From assembly GCA_963789265.1 (NCBI GenBank), contig CAWBKB010000005.1, forward strand, positions 704,001 to 768,000: a stretch of DNA of 64,000 nucleotides, written 5' to 3'. Positions within the stretch are counted from its first letter, which is position 1. Every line of letters starts with the position of its first letter. The notes below the pieces were generated by a model, which ran no database searches, was not told the origin of the DNA, and saw only the letters and a list, made by a program, of their open reading frames with translations. The position numbers and the translations under genes are program-made. Shown piece after piece: positions 10,145-22,058 of the stretch. This stretch comes from an uncultured delta proteobacterium. GTDB lineage: Bacteria > Desulfobacterota > Desulfomonilia > Desulfomonilales > Desulfomonilaceae.

Positions 10145-10885
10145 TTGATGAAAAGATTTCCAGTGGGAACGTTGGTGAGGTATGGAGCGGTTGGCGTCGC
10201 TTTAGTCGGTTGGCTCCTACTCCCTGGGATGGCCCAGGCACAGCCCTCCTTTTGTGTTCGTAACAATGCTTTCTCCATATCCAACGCGCCGGGCTACTGT
10301 TTTGCCATGGCAGCCTTTTCCGGATGGTACTATCAAACTCACCAGGCCGAGCCGCCGCTGAGACGAATCTTGGACAGAAAGAGTCAGCGGCAAATAGCCC
10401 GAAATCTACAGGAATTCTACAGCAAGAATCTGGTCTCCCTGCAGGCGGCCTACTGCAACAGGTATCATGGAAATCAGACCGAATCGTTCAAACGTTTTAT
10501 CGCATGCGTGGTAACCGGGGAGCCGCGAATTGTTCTCCTCATGAACAGAGGACCTCGTGGTGCGGTCCTTCACGCCGTCTTGGCGTACGAATGGCACCCG
10601 GAACAGCATTTATTGAAGATTTACGATCCCAACTACTGCAATCAGGAACGTTTCCTGGATCTGGAGAGACGTGAATATACCTCGCTCGATATCACCTATA
10701 ACGCAATATGTTTTCCCGAAGTACTTCAAACAAACCGTGCTCTGTTGCGTAAGATGGAGAGCTTGTATGCTTTCCATGTTGAGCCTAAGATTGACGTCTT
10801 GGCAAGGAACTGGCGCCGAGCCGCTTTTAACCCGAGCCAGCCGATACTAAAACGCGAACGATATTCCCGCGGTCCAACCCGTTAG
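10145..10885 (+). CDS. Exported protein with a papain-like Cys-His-Asp motif set
   Basis: Signal peptide ending AQA; GYCFAM, HAVLAY, IYDPN motifs. Confidence 0.7.
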   Translation: MMKRFPVGTLVRYGAVGVALVGWLLLPGMAQAQPSFCVRNNAFSISNAPGYCFAMAAFSGWYYQTHQAEPPLRRILDRKSQRQIARNLQEFYSKNLVSLQAAYCNRYHGNQTESFKRFIACVVTGEPRIVLLMNRGPRGAVLHAVLAYEWHPEQHLLKIYDPNYCNQERFLDLERREYTSLDITYNAICFPEVLQTNRALLRKMESLYAFHVEPKIDVLARNWRRAAFNPSQPILKRERYSRGPTR

Positions 10886-11701
10886 GATAGAAAACCACTC
10901 GTTGTTCAAAGGCTGATTCTCTTCCACGTGTTGAGCTACACGACTCGAGCCGCTCAACATTACCACTACGTCAGGATATATTTCCCAATTGACGCTCAGG
11001 CTGGCCATAGCGAGATATCCGGCAGTGATAAGGTGAATTCCCTCCACCTCAAAACCGAGGTCTACCCCATACGGCGATGAATAGCGGGTCTCCAGGCCCA
11101 CGACCGGATACGTGCCATCTAGGCTTCTGGTATTGGATATAATGCCATCTTCTTCGGATTCTCCGTTTAGTGTCGCGGAGTAGCGGATGTAATGGACTCC
11201 TATCCGAGGGACTACCCACCACGGGGACAGATCCAAGAGTTTGTAACCATAGGAGAACCTGAGCCAATTGAAGTCTAACTTTGTCTCCAGAGAGGTCCCC
11301 GGCAGATAGGTTTTGTTCTGGAAACGGAGCTTCCTGCGCAGTCTTTTCATCCCTGTTGGCGAGAACATGAGAAAATCGAGATTGAGAAAATGGTTATCAA
11401 GAATGTTCGCGTCGAGGGTAATCGAAGTAGCCTCTCCTTTATCCACTCCGAGGTCCCCCGAAACATCGATCTTCGTGCCTGAACCGGGTCTTCCTCCTCC
11501 CGGCACGAGCATATCGCCAGAAAGCCAGAGATAACTCCAATCCATGCCTATGAGAAAATGGGTATAAGGGGTGAGCCGAAACGGTTCCTGGGCCAACGCC
11601 GCTTCTTCTGCAAAGATCATTACAATTAAGATAGCGAGAACACTGGCAGGAAGGCGTCTCCTGAAAGGCATGTCGGTTTCACTCCCCGGAGAAGCGGGCA
11701 T
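10847..11701 (-). CDS. Putative outer-membrane beta-barrel protein
   Basis: Signal peptide (ALA), amphipathic beta strands, C-terminal GISFAF ending in Phe; start may be 11671. Confidence 0.75.
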   Translation of the reverse strand: MPASPGSETDMPFRRRLPASVLAILIVMIFAEEAALAQEPFRLTPYTHFLIGMDWSYLWLSGDMLVPGGGRPGSGTKIDVSGDLGVDKGEATSITLDANILDNHFLNLDFLMFSPTGMKRLRRKLRFQNKTYLPGTSLETKLDFNWLRFSYGYKLLDLSPWWVVPRIGVHYIRYSATLNGESEEDGIISNTRSLDGTYPVVGLETRYSSPYGVDLGFEVEGIHLITAGYLAMASLSVNWEIYPDVVVMLSGSSRVAQHVEENQPLNNEWFSILTGWTAGISFAF

Positions 11702-11918
11702 TAATTAAGTCGGGGAGGGTTATATACTGTTACCGGTCTGCGAGCAATAGCGAAAATAAAAAAAGGCAGGCATTCCATCTCATGGGAAATTACGACAGAC
11801 TTCCCCCAGTGGACCGAGAGTGTCCCTACTAGGTGTCTGGGGATATCGCCGATTACTTTTGAGAATGGTTTGGTGAGAGTGAATCTCACAAGATGCAACC
11901 AAGGTCGTGTGCGCGCTT

Positions 11919-11956
11919 GCATAAAAGAGCCGGCCAAGCCGCCGGCTCTTTTATGC
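11919..11956. terminator. Bidirectional-type intrinsic terminator
   Basis: GCATAAAAGAGCCGGC-6 nt-GCCGGCTCTTTTATGC. Confidence 0.7.
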
Positions 11957-12031
11957 TATAACGCTTTGATCAACTAAGAGAAATAGGTCCTTCAGGAGCG
12001 GAATTTGGGCAGCCTTTCGGCAGCTTTAGGT

Positions 12032-12217
12032 TCACGCAGCAACATCGTCCTCTATTGGCCAACGCCCCTGATTTAGCCACCGTACCAGAGAGGCGTCTAT
12101 TGCGTCTTCAAAGACATCGCATCGGGCCGCTATTTCCTTAAACGTAAGACCCTGCTTCAGCATATTGTGAATATTTTCGGGAGTCATCCGAACCCTGGCG
12201 CCTTCCATCTTCAGCAT
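12032..12217 (-). CDS. Small hypothetical protein, HTH-like
   Basis: RBS AAGGGG; GLTFKEIAARCDV resembles a helix-turn-helix; terminator downstream. Confidence 0.55.
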   Translation of the reverse strand: MLKMEGARVRMTPENIHNMLKQGLTFKEIAARCDVFEDAIDASLVRWLNQGRWPIEDDVAA

Positions 12218-12620
12218 AAGTCACCCCTTTTAAACGCACTGGTATATATGTTCTCTGCCAATGCTGAAGGTTCCCCATTTTTTAAAAAAAAATGGGACCG
12301 GTCATCAACTCTGCTCCCGGGAGAGATGAACCGCTTTGCTTGCAACACCTAACAGAATTCTATCAGTATACAATCAGGTACAGAAAGAAGTCAAGAAATT
12401 AGGTAGTGGTAGGCATATCTTTGTTGATCTCTATTCTTCCCGTGAAGATTTGAGCAAGAATCGCGCATCGGAATGTTCCCCACTTGATAGCGAGACCCTG
12501 GATAATAGACATCGGTCGTGCAAAGCGTCGGCGACAACCGCGGTGGGCAGAGCGTAAATGCCGGCGGCATTTACGCTCTTAATTCCACGAGGCTCATAAG
12601 GCCGGTCCGATCTCATCCTC

Positions 12621-15029
12621 TCACTGTTTGAGGTGGAAAGAGGGTTCCATGGCCACGGAATCTTCCGACAATACGGTTTGTTCCATTTCCGGAAAAACTA
12701 TCCCTAACACTTCATCCATGTGATCTACCGGTATGATCTCCAGGCCCTTACGGATCCGCCGGGGAACTTCCTTGAGGTCCTTCTCGTTTTCGCGGGGAAT
12801 GATGACTCGGGCTATTAGACCTCGTTTCGCCGCCAGCAATTTTTCTTTCAGACCCCCTATGGGAAGCACGCGCCCTCGAAGAGTGATCTCGCCGGTCATG
12901 GCCACATCGTTTGGGAACGGCTTCTTGGTCAGGGCTGAAACGAGAGCAGAGGTCATCGTGATCCCCGCGGAGGGGCCGTCTTTTGGCGTGGCACCCTCGG
13001 GGACGTGAATGTGGATATCGACTTTATTGTAAAAGTCTCCCTTGAGCCCCAAACCCCAAGCCCTGGACCGAACGTAGCTTACGGCCGCCTGGGCTGACTC
13101 CTGCATCACCTCACCCAGCTTTCCGGTGACGGTGAGTTTGCCTGAGCCGGGCATGAGGGCCACTTCCACAATGAGCAGCTCGCCCCCAACTTCCGTCCAA
13201 GCCAGTCCTGTTGATACGCCGATTTTTTCCTTTTCTTCTTTGATCCCATATCGAAATTTGGGGACCCCCAGGAACTTGCCGACATGACTCGATTCAATTA
13301 GTAAACGCTCCGCGATCTTGCCGGCTACGACTTCCCTGGCAACTTTTCGGCAAACCTTGGAAATCTGTCGTTCCAGGTTTCGAACGCCGGCCTCTCGGGT
13401 ATAGCGCCTAATTATTCTGAGGATAGCTTTAGGACTGAATTCAATTTGTTCTTCAGAAAGGCCGTTCGCGACCATCTGCTTTGGCACTAGAAATCGTTCG
13501 GCGATTCTCAGTTTTTCCAGCTCAGTGTAACCGGCCAGGCGTATGATCTCCATCCTGTCCTGCAAAGGTGCCGGAATGCCGTGAAGCGTGTTGGCGGTGG
13601 TGATGAACATGACTTGGGACAGATCATAGTCCACATCCAAATAGTGGTCGTTAAAGGTATGGTTTTGTTCAGGGTCGAGCACTTCCAGGAGCGCTGCCGA
13701 TGGGTCTCCCCTGAAGTCCATACTCATCTTGTCAACCTCATCCAAGAGCATTACAGGATTGATGGTCTGCACTTTCTTCATGCTCTGGATGATCTTCCCG
13801 GGCAATGCTCCGATATACGTCCGGCGATGGCCGCGAATCTCAGCCTCGTCGCGCACCCCTCCAAGAGAAATGCGGACAAACTCCCTGCCGGTTGCCGTGG
13901 CTACAGACTTGGCGAGCGAGGTCTTACCAACACCAGGCGGGCCGACCAAGCAGAGTATTGGACCCTTGGTCTTGGCCACCAGTTTTTGGACAGCCAAGTA
14001 CTCGATAATTCGCCTTTTAACCTCTCTGAGTCCGTAATGGTCCTCGTCCAGGATTCTCTGAGCTTCCTGAATATTAAGTTCAGTCTCGGAAGCTGTGGAC
14101 CAAGGCAGAACAAGAAACCAATCCACATAATTGCGCACTACAGTAGCTTCGGCCGACATGGGCGACATGAGCTTGAGTTTGCGAATTTCCTTGCGAACTT
14201 TGGCTTCCGCCTCCGCGGGGAGTTTCTTTTTGTCTAATTGCTCTTCAAGCTCGGCAATCTCATTCTTGAAATCGTCCTTTTCTCCCATCTCTTTTTGTAT
14301 AGCGCGCATCTGTTCGCTTAAATAGTATTCTTTCTGACTCTTCTCCATCTGCTTCTTGACACGATCGCGGATCTTCTTCTCGATTTCCGCGATCTCTACC
14401 TCGCTTTGCATCAGCTCCAGAAGCTTTTCTATTCGATCTCTGACCGAGACAAGCTCGAGCAGTTCCTGCTTATCCTCAATCTTCAAGTTAAGCTGGGCTG
14501 CAATAGTGTCGGCAAGCCTCGAAGCATCAGTCATGGAACGGACGGAGGTAACAAATTCCTGAGGAATTTTCTTGTTATGCGTCAGATAATTGTCAAACAC
14601 GGCTTTAAGGCTTCGGACAAGAGCTTGGACCTCTATCTCTCTCTCCCGGATTTCGTCTCCGATAGGTTGGACTTCAACCTGAAAACATTGGTCGTTTTCA
14701 ACGAAGTGACGTATAGCGGCACGGCGCGTTCCTTCCACGAAGACCTTAATAGTGTTGTCGGGGAGTTTGAGCATCTGGATTATCTGACCGACGGTTCCGA
14801 TGTCAAAAATGTCATCCTCTTGAGGACTGGTCTGCTGAGCATTCTTTTGTGACGCCAAGAAGATCATCTTGTCGGATTTCATTGCAAATTCGAGTGCTTT
14901 GATCGAACGCTCCCGTCCCACGAAAAGAGGCACCACCATGTATGGGAACACTACGATGTCTCTCAGGGGAAGAAGAGGTAACAACAATGGCGTACCGGAA
15001 GGAAGCCCTTCCTTCTTTGCGAAAAACAT
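12621..15029 (-). CDS. lon: ATP-dependent Lon protease
   Basis: [34 protein letters not shown] motifs. Confidence 0.98.
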   Translation of the reverse strand: MFFAKKEGLPSGTPLLLPLLPLRDIVVFPYMVVPLFVGRERSIKALEFAMKSDKMIFLASQKNAQQTSPQEDDIFDIGTVGQIIQMLKLPDNTIKVFVEGTRRAAIRHFVENDQCFQVEVQPIGDEIREREIEVQALVRSLKAVFDNYLTHNKKIPQEFVTSVRSMTDASRLADTIAAQLNLKIEDKQELLELVSVRDRIEKLLELMQSEVEIAEIEKKIRDRVKKQMEKSQKEYYLSEQMRAIQKEMGEKDDFKNEIAELEEQLDKKKLPAEAEAKVRKEIRKLKLMSPMSAEATVVRNYVDWFLVLPWSTASETELNIQEAQRILDEDHYGLREVKRRIIEYLAVQKLVAKTKGPILCLVGPPGVGKTSLAKSVATATGREFVRISLGGVRDEAEIRGHRRTYIGALPGKIIQSMKKVQTINPVMLLDEVDKMSMDFRGDPSAALLEVLDPEQNHTFNDHYLDVDYDLSQVMFITTANTLHGIPAPLQDRMEIIRLAGYTELEKLRIAERFLVPKQMVANGLSEEQIEFSPKAILRIIRRYTREAGVRNLERQISKVCRKVAREVVAGKIAERLLIESSHVGKFLGVPKFRYGIKEEKEKIGVSTGLAWTEVGGELLIVEVALMPGSGKLTVTGKLGEVMQESAQAAVSYVRSRAWGLGLKGDFYNKVDIHIHVPEGATPKDGPSAGITMTSALVSALTKKPFPNDVAMTGEITLRGRVLPIGGLKEKLLAAKRGLIARVIIPRENEKDLKEVPRRIRKGLEIIPVDHMDEVLGIVFPEMEQTVLSEDSVAMEPSFHLKQ

Positions 15030-15168
15030 ATCTAATTCCTCGCCGTTGGGTTATTGGAGACGGAACCGGGCCCGCCTCTTTCCGACGCGGGCGGATTCCG
15101 ACTCGAAGGTTGCTTTGCAAGCGGTGCCGGCGGGCAGAAACGCCGGGCTTAAAAAGAAAAGATCAAGA

Positions 15169-16422
15169 TCAGGAAGCTGTTTCAGCCTCTTTTTCAAACA
15201 TAAGGATGCATTGTTCCCGGTTGTAAATGACATCCTCGTTTACGATAACCTCTTGGAGGTTTTTGAATTCCGGCAGATCGTACATGATGTCGAGCATGGC
15301 CGCTTCCAATATGGAGCGTAGTCCTCTGGCTCCGGTTTTGCGCATCAGAGCTTCTGAGGCTACCGCACGCAGCGCTTCATCGGTGAAGCGTAATTTGACG
15401 TGCTCGAACCCGAACAGCTTTTTGTACTGTTTGACCAAAGCATTCTTTGGCTCCAGCAATATGCGAACAAGGGCATCTTCATCCAGTTCGTGCAAAGTAG
15501 CCGCTACCGGCAACCTGCCCACGAACTCCGGTATCAGGCCGTAATGGATCAGGTCTTCCGGCTGAACATGATCGAAGATGTTCGACACCGCATCACTCTT
15601 GGGGCCTCCGATTTGGGCATTGAATCCCATGGACTTCATGTTCATCCTTTGATGGATGACCTTATCCAAACCAACAAAGGCGCCTCCGCATATAAAGAGG
15701 ATGTTCGTCGTGTCGACCTGGAGGAACTCCTGTTGCGGATGTTTCCGTCCGCCCTTGGGCGGGACATTTGCCATTGTGCCCTCGACGATTTTCAAGAGTG
15801 CCTGCTGAACCCCCTCGCCTGAAACGTCGCGAGTAATGCTCGGGTTTTCCGTCTTACGTGATATCTTGTCGATCTCATCTATGTAAACTATGCCCCGGCA
15901 CGCGCGGGCTATGTCGTAATCCGCGTTTTGCAAGAGCATGAGAATAATATTTTCCACGTCCTCGCCCACATAGCCGGCCTCGGTAAGAGTAGTAGCGTCA
16001 GCTATGGCAAACGGCACGTTGAGAATCCTGGCCAGGGTTTGAGCAAGCAAGGTCTTGCCCGACCCTGTCGGTCCTATCAACAGGATGTTGCTTTTTTGAA
16101 GTTCCACCCCATCAAGATCCGGTTTGGCCTCGATGCGCTTGTAATGGTTATGAACCGCGACGGAAAGGATCTTCTTCGCCTGTTCCTGTCCGATTACGTA
16201 TTCATCGAGGGCCTTCTTAATCTCCCCCGGGGTCGGAACTTTCGAACGCGCGCGGCCCAACTCTTCTTTTTCATACTCCTCAGCTATTATTTCATTACAG
16301 AGTTCGATGCATTCATCGCAGATATACACTGTAGGGCCGGCAATTAGCTTGCGCACCTCATCCTGGCTTTTCCCGCAAAAGGAACAGTAAAGTGAAGAAA
16401 AATTGCCTTTTCTGCCCGCCAT
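15169..16422 (-). CDS. clpX: Clp protease ATP-binding subunit ClpX
   Basis: CSFCGK zinc finger, [18 protein letters not shown]. Confidence 0.98.
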   Translation of the reverse strand: MAGRKGNFSSLYCSFCGKSQDEVRKLIAGPTVYICDECIELCNEIIAEEYEKEELGRARSKVPTPGEIKKALDEYVIGQEQAKKILSVAVHNHYKRIEAKPDLDGVELQKSNILLIGPTGSGKTLLAQTLARILNVPFAIADATTLTEAGYVGEDVENIILMLLQNADYDIARACRGIVYIDEIDKISRKTENPSITRDVSGEGVQQALLKIVEGTMANVPPKGGRKHPQQEFLQVDTTNILFICGGAFVGLDKVIHQRMNMKSMGFNAQIGGPKSDAVSNIFDHVQPEDLIHYGLIPEFVGRLPVAATLHELDEDALVRILLEPKNALVKQYKKLFGFEHVKLRFTDEALRAVASEALMRKTGARGLRSILEAAMLDIMYDLPEFKNLQEVIVNEDVIYNREQCILMFEKEAETAS

Positions 16423-16499
16423 AAATTCCCTCCTTGAGCCTCGGTCTTCGCAGGCAGACCGTTGAATTCCGTTGTTCGTCCGAGAAGATTTCCTACTTC

Positions 16500-17117
16500 T
16501 CAGCGAAGACTTTTAGGTTTTTCAGGGCGTTGGTCGAGCTCTCTTTGGGAGATCACCAGGTCCACTATCCCGTATGAGGCGGCTTCCTCACCACCCATAA
16601 AGTAATCCCTTTCCGTGTCTGTTTCTATCCTCTGTAGTGGCTGCCCTGTATGTTTGCAAAGGATCTCGTTAAGCTCGCTACGCATTCGGAGAATCTCTTT
16701 GGCGTGTATCTCTATATCAGTGGCTTGGCCCTGGAAACCTCCCATGGGCTGATGGATCAGAATGCGGGCATGCGGAAGTGCGTACCGCTTACCCGTCGTA
16801 CCCGCAGCCAGCAGCAGAGCGCCCATGCTCGCTGCTTGACCGATGCAGATGGTCTGAATATCCGGTTTGATGTACTGCATGGTGTCATAAATCGCCAAGC
16901 CGGATGTTACGATTCCACCGGGAGAGTTGATATAAAAGTTGATATCTTTATCAGGTTCTTCACTCTCCAGAAAAAGAAGTTGCGCTATCACCAGATTGGC
17001 TATGGTGTCGTCTATCCCTGTTCCCAAGAAGATAATGCGCTCCTTCAGAAGCCTCGAATAAATGTCGTAGGATCTTTCGCCTCGACTTGTTTGTTCCACA
17101 ACTATGGGTACAAGCAT
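16500..17117 (-). CDS. clpP: Clp protease proteolytic subunit
   Basis: [30 protein letters not shown]. Confidence 0.98.
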   Translation of the reverse strand: MLVPIVVEQTSRGERSYDIYSRLLKERIIFLGTGIDDTIANLVIAQLLFLESEEPDKDINFYINSPGGIVTSGLAIYDTMQYIKPDIQTICIGQAASMGALLLAAGTTGKRYALPHARILIHQPMGGFQGQATDIEIHAKEILRMRSELNEILCKHTGQPLQRIETDTERDYFMGGEEAASYGIVDLVISQRELDQRPEKPKSLR

Positions 17118-17120
17118 GTT

Positions 17121-18455
17121 CTATTCTTCCTCAGGTTGTGTATCTTGAATCAGTTCCCCGGCCGGGGGCTCTTCCTCCGTTATGTCAGCGTGGTCCTGGA
17201 TCAACTTGTAGACCTTTTCCTGAAGGAGTGTTTCTCGCAGCTCCCCCAACATCTTGCCCTCTTCAAGTTGATCTTTCAAGTAGTCCACGGAGAGTCCCAT
17301 CTGCTCGGCTCTTTCGGCTATGCCTGCCTGCAATTCCTCCTCGGAAACTTCGATTTCTTCCTGTTCGGAGATTGCCTTGAGAATTAATCCCGCCTTTACT
17401 ATTCGGACAGCAGAGGGGCGCACTTGATCGCGCTGAGCCTGTGTCGGTGAAGGAAATCTTTTTGGATCGATACCGTGGGCGGCCAAGTTGCGTCTGGATT
17501 GTTCCAAAAAGCGGTCTATCTGGCTCTCCACCATCGACTCAGGGATCTCAAACTCGTTCTTTTCTATAAGGGCGTCGATAATTTGATTCTCCAGCTCTGT
17601 CTTGGATCGGTCTTGCAACAGCCTATGCAGGTCTTTATTTATCTCTTCCTTCAACTGGGAAAAAGTTTCAAATTCTCCCAAATCTTTGGCAAAATCGTCG
17701 TCAGGCTCCGGCAGTATCCTTTCCTTTGCCTCCTTGACAGTCACTTCAAAATTAGCGGTTTTACCGGCGAGTTCCTTTCGGGGAAAATCTACCGGTAGGC
17801 TCATCGTCAATTTCTTGATTTCATCAGGCTTAAGGCCCTCAAGTTTCGCGTCGAAGTCCGACAAGTAAAAATTGCGTCCAAGCTCCATGTGATAGTCTGT
17901 GACCGTTAAGGCGGAAATTGCGGCGCCCTCACTTTGAGCCTTTATGTCCACCACCAGATGGTCACCCTCGGCTACGCCTCGTGTATCAGGAATCGGCCTC
18001 AGCGTAGCATTACGCTCTCTGATGGTTTGAATTCTCTTCTCGACGTCCTCTTCCTTCACTTCACGGATGTATTTTGTCAGGTTCAGACCTTTATAGTCCT
18101 TTACTTCAATAGGCGGGGGAACTTCGATTTCGGCGGTGTACTTGAAAGGTTTGCCGGCCTCCAGAGTTTCCGGATCAATCTTGATCACCGAAACAGGGAC
18201 AATCTTCTTCTCATCCAGACCGGGTTGAAAAGTCTCTTCAATTATTTTGCGGGCCGTGTCGGCTTCGACTTTTGCTCTGAAATATCCTCGGACAATCTCA
18301 AGCGGAACCTTTCCCTTGCGGAATCCTTTGATCTGCACGTTTTTCTTTAAATCCTTGTACTGGGTGTCCATCATATCGATGACTTTTTCCTGGGAAACCT
18401 CAAAAGTCACTTTTTTCTTAATATCGCTGAGATCTTCAACCTGAATATTGACCAT
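17121..18455 (-). CDS. tig: Trigger factor
   Basis: GFRKGKVP ribosome-binding motif, FKBP-like region, DDDFAK; tig-clpP-clpX-lon synteny. Confidence 0.97.
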   Translation of the reverse strand: MVNIQVEDLSDIKKKVTFEVSQEKVIDMMDTQYKDLKKNVQIKGFRKGKVPLEIVRGYFRAKVEADTARKIIEETFQPGLDEKKIVPVSVIKIDPETLEAGKPFKYTAEIEVPPPIEVKDYKGLNLTKYIREVKEEDVEKRIQTIRERNATLRPIPDTRGVAEGDHLVVDIKAQSEGAAISALTVTDYHMELGRNFYLSDFDAKLEGLKPDEIKKLTMSLPVDFPRKELAGKTANFEVTVKEAKERILPEPDDDFAKDLGEFETFSQLKEEINKDLHRLLQDRSKTELENQIIDALIEKNEFEIPESMVESQIDRFLEQSRRNLAAHGIDPKRFPSPTQAQRDQVRPSAVRIVKAGLILKAISEQEEIEVSEEELQAGIAERAEQMGLSVDYLKDQLEEGKMLGELRETLLQEKVYKLIQDHADITEEEPPAGELIQDTQPEEE

Positions 18456-18847
18456 TTCTACTTTTTCATCTTTCTGGCTGGCAGCCGTGCAAAAAGTTGC
18501 GTACTCCCTACGACCCTCGTTTGACCCCGACGATAGGCCAATATTTCCCCAAAGGTCCTGTCATCCGGTGGTCATATTATAGGGCAAATGGGGCTAAAAG
18601 GGAAGGGAAGTAACCTCTGAATGATGTTCGGGCTTATTGTCTTGAACCAGTCAAGCGGATCTGTTAGATAACAATTGAGTTCGTCCGTCTAGCTTGTATC
18701 GGCCTTCCCGTCGATATGCCGCCTCCACCTACGAGATTCGGCTTTCTTTCTACTCCGCTGTGATTGCATTCAGCGGCAGACGGCGTATACGGACGGAACA
18801 CCAATTCTTTCGGCGCTTGCCAAGGACAGCCTTTCATAGGAGGGATT

Positions 18848-19837
18848 TTGGCAAAACATAGACGATCCGTGGATTCGCCCGTGATCAGTGTGGTAGTCCC
18901 CCTTTATAATGAAGAGAATAACATCAGGCCACTGGTAGACAGATTGAAGGAAGTTTTTGTCGGGTTGGCATGTCCGTGGGAAGTGGTTTTCGCACTGGAC
19001 CCCAGTCCGGACGGGACCTACGGTGCGATAGTGGACCTCGTCGATTCGGGTCTTCCCGTTCGGCTCGTCACTTTTTCCCGCAGAATCGGAAAGCCCCTTT
19101 CCCTTATGGCGGGTCTTGATCATAGTAGAGGAGATATCTCAGTAGTAATAGACGCAGACCTACAGGATCCGCCGGAAGTCATTAGATCGATGGTCGAAAA
19201 ATGGCGGGAAGGATTTGATGTCGTAATCGCTCGGCGTTCCTCACGGAAGGGGGAGAGTTATATTTATCTTAAAGCAGCACAGACATTCTATTGGCTCTTA
19301 GAGAAGATTTCTGAAGTAGAGGTTCCCAGAGACACAGGGGATTTCCGCCTGCTGGATGCAAGAGTGGTTCGAGAAATATCTCGCTTCAGAGAACGTCATG
19401 GATTCTTGAGGGGTTTGACAGCGGCTGCCGGATTTCGTACGACTGTCATTACTTATGATCGAGACCCAAGGCTGAGCGGGCGGACTCAGATCTCCTTCAT
19501 GGGTGCGTTAAATATTGCTTTGGACGGAATTGTGCCTTTTTCCAGGTTCCCGGTTCGCACGCTCTTCGTCCTGGGGCTCGCTATGATCGTGTGCGCCGGC
19601 GGCGGTACTTTCATCTGGATGATCTCGGGACTGCTGAGGGGGTTTTCCGACAATTGGCCGACTGCGCTTCTTGTCCTTCTCTTTCTGGTTACATGGGGAA
19701 TCAGCCTTACGGGGATGGGAATCCTGGGCGAATACCTGGTGAGGGCATACGAAGAAATACGGAGTCGTCCGATATACATAGTCGATGAAATCATTGAGGC
19801 AGAGAGTGTGCCGTGGAAGTTATGCGATGATCGGTAA
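18848..19837 (+). CDS. Family 2 glycosyltransferase (GtrB/YkoT-like)
   Basis: ISVVVPLYNEE, IDADLQDPP, TGDFRL, two C-terminal TM helices, GILGEY...RPIYIV; TTG start after AGGAGG. Confidence 0.9.
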   Translation: MAKHRRSVDSPVISVVVPLYNEENNIRPLVDRLKEVFVGLACPWEVVFALDPSPDGTYGAIVDLVDSGLPVRLVTFSRRIGKPLSLMAGLDHSRGDISVVIDADLQDPPEVIRSMVEKWREGFDVVIARRSSRKGESYIYLKAAQTFYWLLEKISEVEVPRDTGDFRLLDARVVREISRFRERHGFLRGLTAAAGFRTTVITYDRDPRLSGRTQISFMGALNIALDGIVPFSRFPVRTLFVLGLAMIVCAGGGTFIWMISGLLRGFSDNWPTALLVLLFLVTWGISLTGMGILGEYLVRAYEEIRSRPIYIVDEIIEAESVPWKLCDDR

Positions 19838-19894
19838 TCGCCGTGACATTCCTTCCATGAGAAGTCTCTTGCTTTCAACGCGCGGTAACAGCAA

Positions 19895-20854
19895 ATGAAG
19901 ACACTTGTAACAGGAGGCGCCGGATTCATCGGTAGTCATGTCGTCGATGAACTCATACGTCGCAACAATGAGGTAGTTATTTATGATAACTTTTGTACAG
20001 GATTCCGGCAATATCTCGAACCTGCTCTCAGTGAGGGCCGGATAGAGCTGATTGAAGGCGATATTCTTGACGCGACAATACTCGCAAAGGCTATGAAAGA
20101 CGTCGCCACCGTGTTCCATCTCGCGGCCAACGCTGATGTGAGGGGCGGCCGGCTGGACAGAAACGTAGATTTGCAGCAGAACATCATCGGGACACATCGG
20201 GTGCTCGAGGCAATGAAGGCCGCGGGCGCAAGCGAAATCGTGTTCACCAGTTCCGCCACCGTTTACGGAGAGCCTGAGCGCTTCCCCACCCCCGAGGATT
20301 ACGCACCGCTCCAGACTTCTCTTTATGGTGCGTCGAAACTGGCAGCAGAAGCGATTATCCAAGCTTACAGCGAGTACTTCGGGATACGGAGCTACGTTTT
20401 TAGGTTTGTTTCGTGGATAGGAGAGCGTTATTCACACGGAGTGATCTTCGATTTTGTCAACAAGCTGCGGGCCAATCCGGAGGAACTGGAGATTCTTGGC
20501 GATGGCAACCAGAAAAAATCTTATCTCCATGTGGAGGACGGAATCAGGGGGATCTTCTTGGCTCTGGAAAAGGTAAAAGCTTTGAAAAACGTTATTAATC
20601 TTGGTCACATCGAGTATATGAACGTCAAAGACTTGGCCGAAATTGTTACCCAAGAGTTGAAGTTGAGCAACGTGTCGTATCGTTATACCGGTGGCACAAG
20701 AGGTTGGCTGGGTGACAGCCCGTTTGTGCACCTGGACATATCCAAGTTGCAATCCATGGGTTTTCGGCCCAGAATCGGAATAGAAGAAGGGGTTCGGCGT
20801 ACGGTAAGATATCTTCTGAATAATCCTCAAATGTTGGAAGCTCGATCCGGATAA
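19895..20854 (+). CDS. NAD-dependent epimerase/dehydratase (GalE-like)
   Basis: TGGAGFIG, HLAA, SSATVYG, YGASK motifs. Confidence 0.93.
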   Translation: MKTLVTGGAGFIGSHVVDELIRRNNEVVIYDNFCTGFRQYLEPALSEGRIELIEGDILDATILAKAMKDVATVFHLAANADVRGGRLDRNVDLQQNIIGTHRVLEAMKAAGASEIVFTSSATVYGEPERFPTPEDYAPLQTSLYGASKLAAEAIIQAYSEYFGIRSYVFRFVSWIGERYSHGVIFDFVNKLRANPEELEILGDGNQKKSYLHVEDGIRGIFLALEKVKALKNVINLGHIEYMNVKDLAEIVTQELKLSNVSYRYTGGTRGWLGDSPFVHLDISKLQSMGFRPRIGIEEGVRRTVRYLLNNPQMLEARSG

Positions 20855-20918
20855 TCATTCCCGCTAGGGTTTTTACCCCTCCAACGCGACGGCGCCCCCT
20901 GCTGCGAACGGTAAAACT

Positions 20919-22001
20919 TTGAGAGTCATAGATCGTTACATAACGGCGGAATTCTTGAAGATCGCCGCCATCTGCTTGTCCGGATTCATTATGGTGTTTC
21001 TGCTGGTGGAGCTGACCGACAAAATGAAGTACTACTTTCAGTATAACCCACCCGGATGGCTTATGGTCAAGTATTTCTTGGTCAAATTGCCGGGATACCT
21101 CTTCTTTGCCATTCCATTGGCGATTTTGATGGGCGGAATGCTTTCACTGCTGATGATGGCACGTCACTCCGAGATCATTGCCATGCAAGCCAACGGGATT
21201 GACGCCCTAAGCGCCGCCCGCCCGGTGCTATTGATAGGAACGGTAGCCAGCTTGATCATGTTTTTGGTCAATGAAACTATCATCCCCTGGTCGAACAGCT
21301 ACAGCGAATATATTCAGAATGTGGAAATAGCGGGGAAAGCGGACGCTACATTCTTCAAGAGAAATCAAATATGGATACGGTCACCCGACTCCATCATCCA
21401 CGTTCGGAAGGCCGACAATTCAAAGCAAACTCTGGAGCGCGTCTCTATCATCAAATGGGACCGAAATTACAACTTTGTGGAAAGGATTTTCGCCGACAAA
21501 GCAAAATGGTGGGATGATCATTGGGTCTTTTACGGCGTCAACCGTACCGTCCGTACCTCCGATGGAAGATTTCATGTCAAAAGTCTGCCCGTCGCGGTAG
21601 AGCGGTTAAATAAAATTCCCTCGGATTTCAACAGGGTGGAGAAGCCTGCAAAAGAGATGAATCTAATGCAACTGGGGGCCTATATAGACAAGCTGAATGA
21701 GGAAGGGCAGGCCCCTACCCGATACTTGGTAGACTGGCACGCCAAGATATCATTCCCGCTTGTTTGTCTAATAATGGCAGCGCTCAGCGTGCCGTTTGCT
21801 TTCAGAGTCAATCCGCGAGGCGGCGGCGTGGCAATAGGATTGTCTTTGTCTCTTATAGTGGCTTTCAGCTACTGGATAGTCTACACGATGTTCATCGCTC
21901 TCGGCCATGGAGCGTATATTCCTCCAATTATAGCGGCCTGGGCTGCCAATCTCATCTTTGGGCTGACTGCGACGATACTGTTGCTTCAGGCCGGCACGTG
22001 A
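20919..22001 (+). CDS. lptG: LPS export ABC transporter permease, LptG-like
   Basis: IDRYI start, RHSEIIAMQANG motif, 3+3 TM layout, AAWAAN near the C-terminus. Confidence 0.85.
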   Translation: MRVIDRYITAEFLKIAAICLSGFIMVFLLVELTDKMKYYFQYNPPGWLMVKYFLVKLPGYLFFAIPLAILMGGMLSLLMMARHSEIIAMQANGIDALSAARPVLLIGTVASLIMFLVNETIIPWSNSYSEYIQNVEIAGKADATFFKRNQIWIRSPDSIIHVRKADNSKQTLERVSIIKWDRNYNFVERIFADKAKWWDDHWVFYGVNRTVRTSDGRFHVKSLPVAVERLNKIPSDFNRVEKPAKEMNLMQLGAYIDKLNEEGQAPTRYLVDWHAKISFPLVCLIMAALSVPFAFRVNPRGGGVAIGLSLSLIVAFSYWIVYTMFIALGHGAYIPPIIAAWAANLIFGLTATILLLQAGT

Positions 22002-22058
22002 AACCATCACACCAGAAATTCCGTTCCGTTCAGACAGATCCTTAAGGGGGCTGTCACA

